A DNA stretch of 60,837 nucleotides, counting the filler, from Dirinaria sp. TL-2023a (lineage: Eukaryota): assembly GCA_051941275.1 (NCBI GenBank). It is 8 parts of 8 records of this genome, joined end to end, with 100 filler letters (N's around TTAATTAATTAA, not from the genome) between each part and the next. Parts side by side here need not be neighbours in the genome. Positions count along the whole stretch, not along the records: positions 1 to 7,546 come from JAVEBF010001298.1; positions 7,647 to 15,184 come from JAVEBF010001299.1; 6 more parts are not named here. One strand, given 5' to 3'. Both the position numbers and the translations under genes were made by a program. The notes beneath the pieces were generated by a model. The model made no database searches. It had not been told where the DNA came from and saw only the letters and a list, made by a program, of their open reading frames with translations. Within the stretch, counting starts at the first letter, position 1. Each line of letters begins with the position of its first letter. Below are positions 1-12,592 of the stretch, in pieces.

Positions 1-700
1 CGACGCCGATATCCGCGACTCGACCACCAACTACCGACAATTGCCGCGGATCCAGTTTACTATAAACATCGAGCCAACGATTCCCGGCTCCGATTTGCGT
101 CAATGTCTTGTCTTTCAATACCTGCACCTGGTTCAAATTGACTAGATCTATCGTGACGCCACCCTGAATGTTCGAAGCCCCCATGAAGGCGGCATGACCT
201 CCGCTCTTCACCGCAAATGGGCAGCGAAAGAAGGTCGTTACTAATAACGTTACAGCAACCTCTACTGCATTGTTCGGCGAAGCACGACAGATTGGTTCAG
301 TCTCGAGCTGTTGATTGGACCAATACCTAGACTGCTCGTGGTCATATGCCAAGCTTCCCGGCTTGCTCAACACGCTCTGCAGAATCTTGCCAAGAAGATT
401 GCACTATATCAATAGTCAGATAAGGGCTGCGCTGAATCGCGATGCTACCCAAGGCGGCATCACTATAAAGAGTATACCGACAGTGGCAGTACATAGCTGC
501 GACGAAGCGGTAGTAGCACTCGATTCGCTCAATTGCTTGGGTGGCGGAGAAAGCGTCTCGGCATCCTCAACCCCCAAATTCTTTAGGGCATCGCGCAATT
601 CCTCGAAAGTGTGAGGACTTTCGAATGCCGATTCCGGAGTGGCAGCAGATAGGAAAGCCCAGCAAGTGGTGGCCAGAAGGAGAAATTGTGAAACACGCAT
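1..700 (-). CDS. Secreted FAD-linked oxidoreductase (FAD_binding_4/BBE-like), 5' part; runs off the window start
   Basis: ATG at 700 with signal peptide MRVSQFLLLATTCWAFLSA. One intron ~482-404. Exon 2 reads CNLLGK...YWSNQQ..EPICRASP...FAVKSGGHAAFMGASNIQGGVTIDL...IGAGNRWLDVYSKL...VVGGRVADIGV. KSGGH is the typical flavinylation motif. Confidence 0.88.
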
Positions 701-2856
701 TTCAACCGAAACACATGGGACACATGGACATTGGGCAGAACGAGAGCAAAAGCAAAAGCAGGTCGCCGAAAGGACAAATGGGAGGAAGAGGGAGAAGTGA
801 AGGACATCCCGTGTGAATCAGGTCGCCTATTGACCTTTCGATGGCGCGCGCTAAGCCTAGTTGCCATGGATGATGGCCGGCCAGATGTGTTGTAGAAAGC
901 TAGCATCGATGGAGAAGGTATCTTCCGAACGACTGCGCTAACCCGCCAGTCGGTGTTTGTGGCTATAGAGTATAGCGTCCATTATTGGAAGGATCTCTAC
1001 TACTGACGATGAGGATCAGAAGTGTGGCTGCGCAACGTTCAATGAGGTCCCAGCAATTGTGTGTGTATGCTTGGCTCGGTTGCTTTCGCAGGGATCCTGA
1101 ACGGAGCTTTTCTGTCTCGGGCTCTACTATGTAAGACTGACATCATTCTTTGAACCAGGAATGAAGCCACCTGAGCAATGAGGTAAGGTACTCGGTAGCT
1201 GAGATCGTTTGCCCCTTGCCCTTGCCGCCATCGATCGTCTCGGTAGGCTAGGGTAGGTGTGGGATCGAAAGCGGGAGGAGTCGAGGGATGTTTGGGATGA
1301 TTGGGGAGCTGTGATTTGTGGTCAGGATAATAATAATGTCATGTTATACCTCCGTATGCACCGTATGCGCGTTATTTCTGGGCCACGAGGTGACGACTGA
1401 CGAGGGACGGTTTTTTTCCAGGCGGTGGAGGTGGGGTTTGCAGAGCGCAGCGGGAACGGCAGTTTTCATCCGAGTCCATGACTCCATTGGCCTATCAATG
1501 AACGATCTCCGTGAGTTCAACGGTTCGCGGTTAGACGGGCGATGTCTAACCTCACTTGGGTAAGGTCCGGTCCAGTGAACGGCACGTCGGCAGCCCATTT
1601 CTTCCGGTGTCAGGGTTTCCGCCTATCAGGCTATCCCACACTACTGAAACAGTGGTTATCGCGCGGTCAGGGAAACTACAGTTAACAGTACTTACAGTAA
1701 AGGGATTCGTACCAGGGGCAAGGAAAGATAGCTGCGGATCTGATTATTATGATTATTACTATTAACCAGGTCCCGAGTACCCACTACCCGTACCCCACCA
1801 CAACGGTTCCTTGTTCTGATTGATTCATGATTGTTGACTTGCTTTAAGTAGGTTCCAGGTTCTTGACGACATCCGCAGCCCGGTTCCTCGCATGGGCATG
1901 GAAAGAAAAGCACGGACGGCTATATCTGCTGTGAGGCTAATGCAAAATTCATCATGACAAGCTGGCGAGCTGATTAATAACATTGTCGCTTACCACGCTG
2001 TCAAACGCTTAATTGCGAGAACAGCATAGTAGCTCAGGTAGTCAACCTTTTAGCGTGCACCCCATATGCGATGCGATGCCGTCTCCCACTCTTCCCGTTC
2101 ACGGCACGTTCCCCTTTCACTTTTTTGGCGCTCTGCCGTAATTCTTGAAGTAGGAGCTGAACCAACGCGGGAGCATACTGGTGGAGCCATTTCGATTGGT
2201 CTTCTTGCTTTGACAGGAAGCAGGGTCTACGTACACCTTCATCAGTGGCAAGTGGCAGAACCCCCCCTCTCCCTTCCAGGCTCCGGCGCGGAACCTGTCG
2301 AGCTAAAAGAGTGCCAAATTGTACTTTCCTCGCGAGCCTTGCTGTCCGGCATTCGAGGCGACCAACTCTCGGACCCGCTTGTCAGATAGCTGATTGTGTG
2401 CGTTTATGCCGAATCTTAATCCCAAAGTGAATGGAGATGGTGATCGCACAATTCTCAAGGCCTCGAATTTCACTATTGATTCACTATCGGCAGCTCCTGG
2501 CAGGGACTGATGCAGTACCCCGGCAATACACGAGGAAAATAATGTAACAATCTACACCGTTATGCTCTCCTTTCCCGCTGCTTTCTCTAGTGCATTACCA
2601 TTAATTTAATTAATGGATCTCTCTGATCACTCGCGGCTGTTCAATCCATACACTGCTTTCCATAACGTGTGCACCTCAACCTGGTCCGCTCTTGCTGGGG
2701 TGAGGAGGAAGTGAGTGAAGCGCGTTGGGGGGAAAAAGCGAGACTTTAAAACCAGATTAAAAGCAACGTTTACATGTTTTGATTCTCTTTTTCTAGTCCC
2801 TTGCCGTTGCAGAGGTTGAAAGCAGACTGAAGGAAACGTATGAAGTCATCATCGAC

Positions 2857-4198
2857 ATGTCTGCAGTCAGCTATGGCAATTTCATCTCAGCACGGCACTT
2901 GCAGGTAAGATCACCCCATATACTTCCCGAGCCGGCTTCTGCGCAACATCTAAGAGAAGGTACAACCCGCAGGATCTAGGATACTGTATGATTACGCTGG
3001 CAACATGTTTTTCCGTGACCAGACTCGGCATCCGTTGCTACAAAAGACGCTTCTGGCTCATCGAAGATGTCACTGTTTGTCTGGCTTGGGCATGTTTCAC
3101 AGCCATGAGCATTGGCTACATCTGCGTCACTCCCGCCGTGTATCGGATCGCAGCCGTGGGGAATGGCGAAATCGCCCCTTACCCAACACTGAAACAGGAT
3201 TCCGAGTACCTCGTCAAGATATTCTTCCCTAATACCCTTCTTCTGTGGACCACTCTGTGGTTGGTTAAATTCGCCCTTTTGCTCCAATGCCGCCGACTGG
3301 TTGACCGATTACCCACGCACATAAGGATCTGGAAGTGTATTGTGGGCTTTACTGCTCTCGTCTATGTCGGTTGCGTTATCTCCGAATTTACTTCCTGCAG
3401 AAGTTTGCACGATTGGTTTACTTTTGGTGCGTTCATGGCTCTTGTGCGGCAACGCGATACGTTGATCCACTAACCCAAAGCTAGGAATGTGCCAAACCGA
3501 ACGTGATGCGAGAGCTTCTGTGATCAGTCTTTTCTACTCTTTTGCCGTGGACATAGTTACAGATCTCATGAGTGAGTACCCCGGATCGCGGAAGATCCCT
3601 CGAATTCACTGTTCTGACCATCACTTCAAAAGTCATGCTCTTCCCCTTACCCACGCTTTGGAAACTCAAAATGAGCCCCCTCCGCAAATACAGCATCATG
3701 GCAGTCTTCGGTGTTGGCACAATCTGCATCGTCACTTCTATCGTCCGCGTCGCCCAAATTCGATCAAAGTCGGGCTCGAAGCAGCCGTCGCCCTCGTGGC
3801 TCGAGCTCTGGGCCATGGTCGAAGCAGCTGTGGGTAAGCTGGCCAACGGATGACTACTCTTAGCGGTTGGGAGAAGCTAATTTAAATGCCTAGCTGTCGT
3901 GGTAGCTTGCCTGCCAAGCTTCGGCCTCCTCCTCCCATCCGTCAAGCCCAGCAGAGCTGGCTATTCGAGCTCATTTTCACAATCCAAGTCTGGCCATCGC
4001 CACAAGTTGGAAAGAGAAGGAATCGCGCTCCGGAGTCGCTCGTCTCACCACGGGCTCCATGAGCCTGTGATTGAAGGCAATGCTTCGAGAGAGCGTCTCA
4101 AGACCTGTTCGCGCAGCGGAGTGCTTGTCACTACAACATTAAATGTAGGAGGCGGGAAGCTGAGTGGCAAGGATCACCTGGCTGACAGAAAATTCTAG
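2857..4198 (+). CDS. PTH11/SAT4-like integral membrane protein (fungal rhodopsin-domain family), 5 exons
   Basis: Spliced ORF pieces contain RLGIR..RRFWLIED, WTTLWLVKFALLL, AVDIVTDL-intron-MLFPLPTLWKLKM..RKYSIMAVFGVG, WAMVEAAV-intron-VVVACLPSF. Several hydrophobic helices. GT-AG introns at ~2905, ~3428, ~3572 and ~3835. Confidence 0.85.
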
Positions 4199-5306
4199 GT
4201 CGAGGAACCGCCAGACGCCGCTGAAGGGTGCTCTTACCACAAGACTTTACCAGAACACCAAGCCTGTCAAATAGTATAGCCTTTCTTAGCCGCGACCCCG
4301 GCGCATTTGAGAGACATCCCACCTTGGTCTCTGTGGAGGGTCCGGGAAAAAAAGTTTCGTGATATGAGGTGTATGTGGATTCAATTACACGCAGCCTCAC
4401 ATAATACAAAATGGGTCGGTCGGTATGGTTTACTGGGTGAGACGGATAATATTAATGGCGTATTGAGCACAAGAGCCATAGGTATCCCTTGGCAATGCTC
4501 GGCGAGGTTAATAGGATGTACGATAGGGCAGGCAGGTGAAAGAGGTCGCCAAGCTTCCCCAAGCATCTCGAAATCGAGGGGGTTACAAGTTGATTAGAGC
4601 ACTCGTCGGAAGTGTTCTTCCTTGCGACGTTAATAAAAAAAAAAAAAAAAGAAAAAAAGAATCCAATCTACATGATCAAGCAATCGGTGAAAGAGAGCTG
4701 AAAGTACGTCTTACAGGGTAGTCTTTCAACATTTGAGACAGCATCGTAGAACGTCAATTTACCATTGACATTTTCAAGAATTCCTATTGTAAAAGGTCGT
4801 GAATTGTATCCAGTCTGAAACTATCTATCAATATGAGATTCGAGCTTGGCGGAATTTGAGAATGAAAGTCCGACAAGAACAGTACCATACTGAGGTACTA
4901 CTATCTTATGCTTGTGGCTAGCTCGATCTTCAATTAATGTGAACGCCGCACAGGACGGCGCGACGAGTGACGCGTATCTCGCCTATAAACCAAGTCATCG
5001 CGCTCCCTTGCGCTTTGATAATGTAATAATATCTGCGCATTTGATGACTTCGAGAGGTCCTTTAATCTAATGTTGATAAGTCGAGGTAGGGAGTAGCATT
5101 ATTACGCATATTTTACCTCCGTATGCATGTCAAATATGCAACAGCCACAGACGCCACAGACGCTCTCCCACACCCCTGTCGCCGATCATTATTGACTCCG
5201 AGTGTTTACTTTGCCATTCGAACGACCGCACAGAAGTTGGATGTATGCTTCTCAGCAATTGCGCTTCAAAACCCTCATAAAAACCATTGCTATTCGCTTG
5301 CAAGAC

Positions 5307-7287
5307 ATGGCGCTGGATCCTCGAGGGTTTCCTGGAATCGCTCCCGAGGTCCGTCCCCTGAAGTCTTCGGCATCTTCGCCATCGCTGCGCTCGCGAGAAT
5401 CCGAACTCGTCCCCATGGGCAGGAGTACACCAGAGAACAGCGGTGGTAACGTCAGAGTCGTCGTCCGGGTCAGAGGTTTCTTACCACGAGGTGTGTATTG
5501 ATCAAGAGCCCTTCGAATTCAGGGTTGACAGTGTCGCAGAGGTTGAACGAGGCGCGCAATGCCTGGTGGAGATGAACCCCCAGACACAGGCCACGAAACT
5601 GCTGGTACCCAATTCGAGCGACCCCGCAAATGCACGATCTCAGAGTCGCAAAGTCATCGAAGAGAAGAGTTTCACATTCGACAACTCGTTCTGGTCACAC
5701 GAGACCTCGGATTCTCACTACGCGCACCAAGAAGACATCTACAGCGCGCTCGGAGAAGAGTTCCTCGACCACAACTTCGAAGGATATCACACCTGTATCT
5801 TCGCTTACGGTCAGACAGGATCCGGCAAATCATATACAATGATGGGTACTCCGGAGCAGCCGGGCCTCATTCCTCGAACTTGCGAAGACTTATTCCAGCG
5901 CATCGAATCCAGCATCTCCCCGCACATTTCCTACACGGTCCGCGTATCCTACTTCGAAGTCTATAACGAGCACGTCCGCGATCTCCTAGTCACCCAGCGC
6001 CCCTCCCCTAACAGTGGGCCCTACTACCTCAAAATCCGCGAATCTCCGACAGAGGGTCCGTACGTCAAAGACCTCACGGACATGCCGGTGAAGAACTACT
6101 CCGAACTACTACGCTATATGCGCCTCGGGGATAACAACCGCACCACCGCCTCCACAAAAATGAACGACACTTCCTCCCGCTCCCACGCCGTATTCACAAT
6201 CATGCTCAAGCAGATCCACCACGACCTGCTTACAGACTCGACAACCGAACGTCTAGCGCGGATCCGCCTCGTCGATCTCGCCGGCAGCGAACGTGCAAAA
6301 GCAACCGAAGCCACGGGCGCCCGCCTGCGCGAAGGGAGCAACATCAACAAATCACTCACCACGCTGGGGCGCGTGATCGCCGCGCTCGCCGACCCACGGC
6401 ACAGCCGAACACACAACTCCGGAAAAGGGCGCAGCAAGGACCTCGTGCCCTACCGAGACTCGATCCTCACCTGGCTGCTCAAGGACAGTCTGGGGGGGAA
6501 CTCGAAAACGGCGATGATCGCGTGCATCGCGCCGTCGGACTACGACGAAACGCTGTCCACGCTGCGCTACGCCGACCAAGCGAAACACATCCGCACGCGC
6601 GCGATCGTGAACCAGGACTCCGTCTCGGCCGCCGAGCGCGACGCCCAGATCGCGGCCATGCAGGACACGATCCGCGAACTGCAGCTGCAAGTCGTGCAGG
6701 CGGCCGCGAACAGTGAAGCGCGGCAGCACCACCACGGCAACGAGCGAGGCACTAGCAGCAGGGACGAGAAGCTGGAGGAGTACCAGGAGAAAGTGGAGCG
6801 CATGCAGCGGCTGATGGAGGAGGAGCGCCTGGTGGGCGAGAGCAAGATCCGGCAGCTGGTCGAGCAGAACGAGGCCCTCCGCTTACATCTCAAGCTCGCG
6901 GTTGAGAGCCTTAGGAACCCGATCAAGAGTCCGCCCCCGACGCTGGATAAAGAGAATCGGGAACCTGAAGAAGCGGCCGAGGGCGAGGGCAAGGAGGAAA
7001 GTAGGAAAGGTGGAGAAGAAAAGGAGGAAGAGCGGGAAAGTAGGAAAGAAGAGGAGTGGAACGGGAACGGAGAAATCTGGGATGAAACCGAGCAGCAGCA
7101 GCAGGAACGCGATCAAGAGGCGGTGGAAATGCAGAGCCAGATGGAAGATTTGCTCATGGATCTGAATTTATTTAGGAAAAAGGTCGCGGATGATCATGTC
7201 CGTTTCGGGAAGAGGAAGAGGAGTGGTGGAAGAAGTGGTGGTCGGGGTGCTAGAGCTCCGCTGGGAGAGGTACGGGTTAATTGCTAG
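5307..7287 (+). CDS. Kinesin-3 family motor, short form without recognisable FHA/PH tail (UncB/NcKin3-like)
   Basis: ATG 5307 (MALDPRGF...GGNVRVVVRVR), intron ~5491-5539. P-loop FAYGQTGSGKSYT, NDTSSRSH, LVDLAGSER, NKSLTTLGRVI, VPYRDS, then a coiled coil and an acidic tail. Confidence 0.95.
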
Positions 7288-7546
7288 CTGGCGAAGCAGG
7301 TATATGGATGATTGGATGGATGGATTGTAGGTAAAGTATGAAGGACATGCATGCATGCATCAGCGACGGCGCATTGGGGGGGGGGAACTGGGAAGCGTGT
7401 ATTTAATTCACCTAGGGACCTGAGGGATTACGAGAAAAATAAACCGACGACTGAATCTTACTCTTATCTCCCCCCAATTTTATTGGTTCAGTAGTGTAAA
7501 TGAGAGAGGGAGAGAGAGGTAAAAAATCCCCTATTTCCTCCCCTTC

Positions 7547-7646
7547 NNNNNNNNNNNNNNNNNNNNNNNNNNNNNNNNNNNNNNNNNNNNTTAATTAATT
7601 AANNNNNNNNNNNNNNNNNNNNNNNNNNNNNNNNNNNNNNNNNNNN
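7547..7646. other. Artificial contig spacer (N44-TTAATTAATTAA-N44)
   Basis: The same 100-nt linker recurs seven times. TTAATTAATTAA gives stop codons in all six frames. Confidence 0.98.
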
Positions 7647-8009
7647 CTCAAATGCAAATTCAAATACAAAAATGTAGGCAATTCAGGGCGGACTGATTGA
7701 CTGATGGTGTTGTGGTTTGTACGATATGGATATGGAATATGCTTATGCTTGTTGTGGCGAGGTTAGGAGCATTTTTCGAGAGGTTGATTTGGGGAGGGTT
7801 TGAAGCCTGTTAGTCTAGTCTAGCGAAGTAAGTAGGCAGGGATACTGTAGGCGGAGCTTGCGGAGAGAAGAAGAAGAAAAAGAAAGAGGGTTTCTACCGC
7901 ATTGAAAAATGAAATGTGAAGTCGTGGATCTCCCCTTTTTTCCCCTTTCTTCCCTTCTGGAATTTAGAGAATGGTAAGGTAGGGACTTTGGATACTTTAT
8001 ACAAACCGC

Positions 8010-11000
8010 CTACTCTCCCTCCTCCTCCTTCTCCTTCCCAGCAAAAAGCTTCGCAACAGCCTCAAACAACTCCCCCACAGGCGGCAACATATACCCATGC
8101 GACTCAAACACCCGCGCCAATTCCTCCGCGCGCACGACTCTTGCCCCCTCTTCTCCTCCTCCTCCTCCTTCTTCCTGAACGAAATTCATGTTCTCGAGTC
8201 CAAGCACAGCTTTCGCGCCGTAGATGTCTTTGAGATTTGAGTTTGGTTCTGTGGACGGAGGAGCAGGAGCAGGAGGGGGGAGGAACTGGGATTGACGCAG
8301 CGTTCGAAGCTCCGCTGCTGCGTCGATAAGATGATAGCTGCCGCTGGTGGGTGTAGCGAGCAGGTTCGTGATCGGGACCGAGAACCGCTTCGCGTAGAGC
8401 GGAGTCGGGTCCGTGGGGTCGAAGATTATGAGCCGCGATTGCACTCCGCTGTTACGGTGGTGGTGGTTGGATTCGGGGATCGCGATGGCGAAGGTTTGGT
8501 GGGTGTGTGATAAGGCTAGATGGGTGGTTGCGTGCACTTCGGAGCGGGCGAGGAGGGCGGTTGGTGGGACCTCGAGGGAGAAGCCGTAAGCCAGTTCCGA
8601 CGTCACCATGTCCCACACGCGGATCTCGTTGGATAGTGTGATGAGGTATTTGTGCAGGATCCCCAGACCGTGGAGGCGGCCCGAGTAGAGGTTGGGCGGG
8701 TTACTGCGTATTGCGGCCGTGGAGGGGTCGATGAGATGGATATTCGAGGACGGGGGTGATGATTGTATCGCTGCCGCTAGGACTGAGCCGTCGGCTGAGA
8801 AGGCGAGTTTTCCTACTTCCTTTTCTTGGGCCGTGTCGAGCCTCCGTAGCTCTGTTGTCTGGCGACAGGTCCAATTCGTGAGGCTGCTGCCATCTTTCCC
8901 CCGGACTTCCACCCCGTGACGTCGCCGTATTGTTGGTTGCCAGATGCGCACGGCGCCATCCTCGCCCACGGTTGCAAAGCCGACGCATGATGGATCGGAA
9001 GCTAGATCGAGAACTTTGCATGGACGGCCCGAGGGCGCCGTGTGTGAGTTGTCGATCCTTGCTACGAGGGCCCATGTATTCGAGGTTTCGTCCCAGGACC
9101 AGAATTTAAGATAGATTTCTAAGCGCAGACGCCGCTCTTCTTCGGCCCGCGCATCGTCGAAAGCGAGATGCGTGAGGTCCCTTTGAGGCGGCTCCCACTC
9201 ATCTACTGTTGCGAGCCATTGCCCGTCGTGACTGATCGCCATGAGCGTTACTGATGGCTCTTCGATCCTACCTTTTTCGGGACCAATGTTGAGGGTTGTG
9301 ATATTGGTTCTTGTCAAGGCTTGCCGTGTTATTTGTTGGCCAGAATTGAAATCGACGGTCTGGAGATAGCACGCTTGCTTAGACGCGTCTGACGAAGTCA
9401 TGGCTGGTACGGCGAATAGCAAGCGGTTTGCGCCGAGGGAGCTGATAGTTGCGGGTACCCGCCGATATTGCACGGTCTGAGAGCTTTTATTAGGAGCATC
9501 GATCGTTGGTGTGAGCGGGTGCTGGGTAGTCGATTGCGTCGTCCCAGGAACTTGAATGCCTGCTGTGCTGAAAGTAGGTTGGAGCTCTGACGTAGAAAGT
9601 ATCATTGCAGAATTGTCTGCGAGCCTGACAGCGTACGAAGACCCATCGGGCGACACCACTATATTCTCAATGGCTGCAGAGAGATGAGGCAAATCCTGTC
9701 TAGATCCTGTGTCAAGCTGCCAGATTACAAGCACAGTCTCTTGACCACCAGAAATGATGTAGTTACCTATGTGAATTAGCCAAAAATATCCATTTGTAAT
9801 GCGATGAGCGTACCATCTGCCGACCACTTGACAGAAGCAACAGCGTTTCGGTGCCAATGCAGCTTTCGGGGGTCGAGATCATTGTCGTGTGGCCGATTAG
9901 AGCGATTCTCCTTCCGTACCAGCTTTTCTAGAACATCCTCGTAGACAAAAATCGAACCTCCGACACAGCCAGTAACGATATTGACCGGATTCACTGCTGC
10001 CTTGGACTTTTCCGACGGCTTCGAGGTCGCAGTCGTACTACTTATCTGGACGTCGATGCAGGTGATCCGCGTCGAGCAGTCAAACTCACGCCATGTATAT
10101 GTGACATCCTTCAACGATGGCTCACTGGGCCTTTTGGTCGTTCCAATCAACATTTTCGAGCCAGCTGTCGCCACAATAACCCTGCCCTCTTCAAGGACCT
10201 TCAGCGATGTCAAGGGCTCGTCGTATGTGAGCAGCGTTACCAGCGCAGTTTTCCCGGCTTCTTCTCCGCCTACGAGCCGATGTGCAGTAACAAGCCACCG
10301 CTCTTTGGTATGTTGATCAAGCGTGTAGACCAAACCACTTTCGCCTTGAGATTCCGTTGAGCCAGAACTTTTGATAGAATATATTGGAGTCTTAGTGTTC
10401 CACAATTCGACGAACTTGCCATTGATCCAATCCCACTTATGTATTGTGCCGGACATAGTAGCCACGAAAAGATGATTTGAATTGGCTGAGGAAAAGTCGA
10501 AGCTAGAGATGGCTTCTGCTCTGTGAAGTCTGAGTCGCCGAACGAGAATTGAAGTCGAGGTAGAGTAAACATTGATGGTACTGTCGAAGGCTAACAGGAG
10601 GTATCTGAGAATGGCTGTCAGCTCTGCGCTCGCTGATGTTGGGAAAGCACTAACTCTTCATCTGGGGAGAATAACGGATCTGCGTTGAGCATTTGACCTC
10701 CAACAGCCTCAGATACTTTCCATGACCTCTTCTGACTCTTCTCGTTTTCATGCTTATTTGCTCGTTCTTTCTTCTTTCTTTTCTTGGCTTCAACCACACC
10801 ATCTGCCTCTTGCTCGCGCCGTTCTTTTCTTCTTTGCCTCTTCGCTGCTTTTCTAGCTGCTCTGGATCCAAAAATCCTATTCTCATTATGGTCCTGTCCA
10901 TGGTCTTGCACCAAGACATGCTTGTGCCCTGCATCGTCATTGGCTGCCTCTTCCTCGCGCTCTTCTTTTCTTCTCTGCCTCCTCGCGGCTCTTCTGGCTG

Positions 11001-11184
11001 CTTTGGAATCTGTGACCCTATCGTCCATACGGCCTTGTCCATGATTTTGCACCGAGACATTTTTATGCCTTGTATCGCCATCAGCAATTGAGTTTGCTCC
11101 TCTGTCAATTCTATGTCGTTTCACAAATTTGCGCTCCACACCGTCTGCGTCGCCTTCATCATGAATGCGTTTTCTTTTCGACAT
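8010..11184 (-). CDS. UTP17: U3 snoRNA-associated WD40 protein Utp17/Nan1 (WDR75), multi-exon
   Basis: LHWHRNAVASVKWSADG-intron-NYIISGGQETVLVIWQLDTG..LPHLSAAIENIVVSPDGSSYAVRLADNS; DGQWLATVDEW; LKFWSWDE; basic N-terminal extension; C-terminal LPPVGELFEAVA. Confidence 0.88.
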
Positions 11185-11503
11185 TTTGGTATTCTGCGCG
11201 GCCGTACACCACTAGTTGCTTTGGGGAGAAAACTCCTGCAAGCGAAAATGCCCTCTGAGTCTCACACAGAGTCCAAATAGAAATGCCGATCAAATCTACC
11301 AAATGATAAGTCCCACTGAAATACTAGGGTTGAGGTGCATGCTCGGAGAAATAGACGGCCCGAAAAGCTCACAGAAGCCCCTCGGGCGCTAGCACATTAA
11401 GGCTTTTGCGGCTCTTCATCCCAAACATTGGAGGATTTCTTTCAGCACGCTGTGAGCCATAAGACAAGTGATACTTCTGAACTTGTGCAGCGAATCTCAC
11501 GCT

Positions 11504-11909
11504 ATGATTATTCCGGTTCGCTGTTTTTCCTGCGGCAAGGTACGCTCCTTGCGCCTCCGATGATGAAGGTTTACTTACTGTCACATAGGTCGTTGGAGAC
11601 CTTTGGGAGAACTACCTCAAATTACTCGACGAGAATGTGAATGATGGGTGCGCTTTTTGATGATTGAAACTCCGATCCACGACAACCGGCTAAAATTGCA
11701 CAGTGAGGCCATGGACAGACTGGGTTGCAAGCGCTATTGCTGCCGGCGCATGTTGATGACCCACGTGGACCTGATCGAAAAGCTATTGAAGTACTACTTT
11801 GATTCCAACTCTTTGCAGTCTTGCGCTCATAATCATCAGATACAATCCAGCCGAAAGAGATCGAATGAAGGCCGACCTCAACGAACGGATGCGAGAAGAA
11901 GCGTCATGA
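11504..11909 (+). CDS. RPB10: DNA-directed RNA polymerases I/II/III subunit RPABC5 (Rpb10), 4 exons
   Basis: Spliced product [71 protein letters not shown]...; Zn-binding CxxC and CC motifs; three GT-AG introns. Confidence 0.97.
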
Positions 11910-12592
11910 GAGCCAAGGTGGACTGGTTCGGTTATGGAACGGAGTAAGGCGCAGCGACTGTCATAAGAGCATGGAGTTAGGAGTTTGTATGGAGAAGCAA
12001 CAAGCATTAAGGATTCTGTTGGGGCAAGTACGCCTTCTGTAACAGAAGTGCTTTCCAGAGGAGCTCAGTCCCATGAAAGGCGTTTCAAAGGTCGTCCGAC
12101 CTAATGGAACTCGTTATTTTGATAAAGCCAAAAGACTCAGACTTCATTGTTTAAATGACTGATGCCTTCCAGTTCAAGTACATGATTTTCTTTGGCAATC
12201 AACTAAGGTACCTACCTTAGGTACTGCACATCGTTGCCCTGAGTGCCCCTTTGTAAAGTGCCTTATCTGAAGGACTGTGACTGCAACCCATGGGGAGTCG
12301 GGCTCGTGCCATCCCTGTGTCGATCAGCCCGAAGTTCCTGCGCGACGTTTTGCCGAGGCTTGAGGCATGTGAAGTCATTTCACTGTGTTAAAGTAACTCA
12401 TTTTTGACAAGCAACCAAGACATTCTCCGTATGTCATTCCTTGATCGCATTCAGTACTGACTCTCTAGTTGCTATCCGGAACATTGTTTTGGCTTTCGCT
12501 GAAACAAATGTTTCAACACATCTTCAAACCTTGCTTTGAGCAGAGCAACGATGGGACTTTGGTGACGGCATCTGAATGAGGGAAGATAGATC

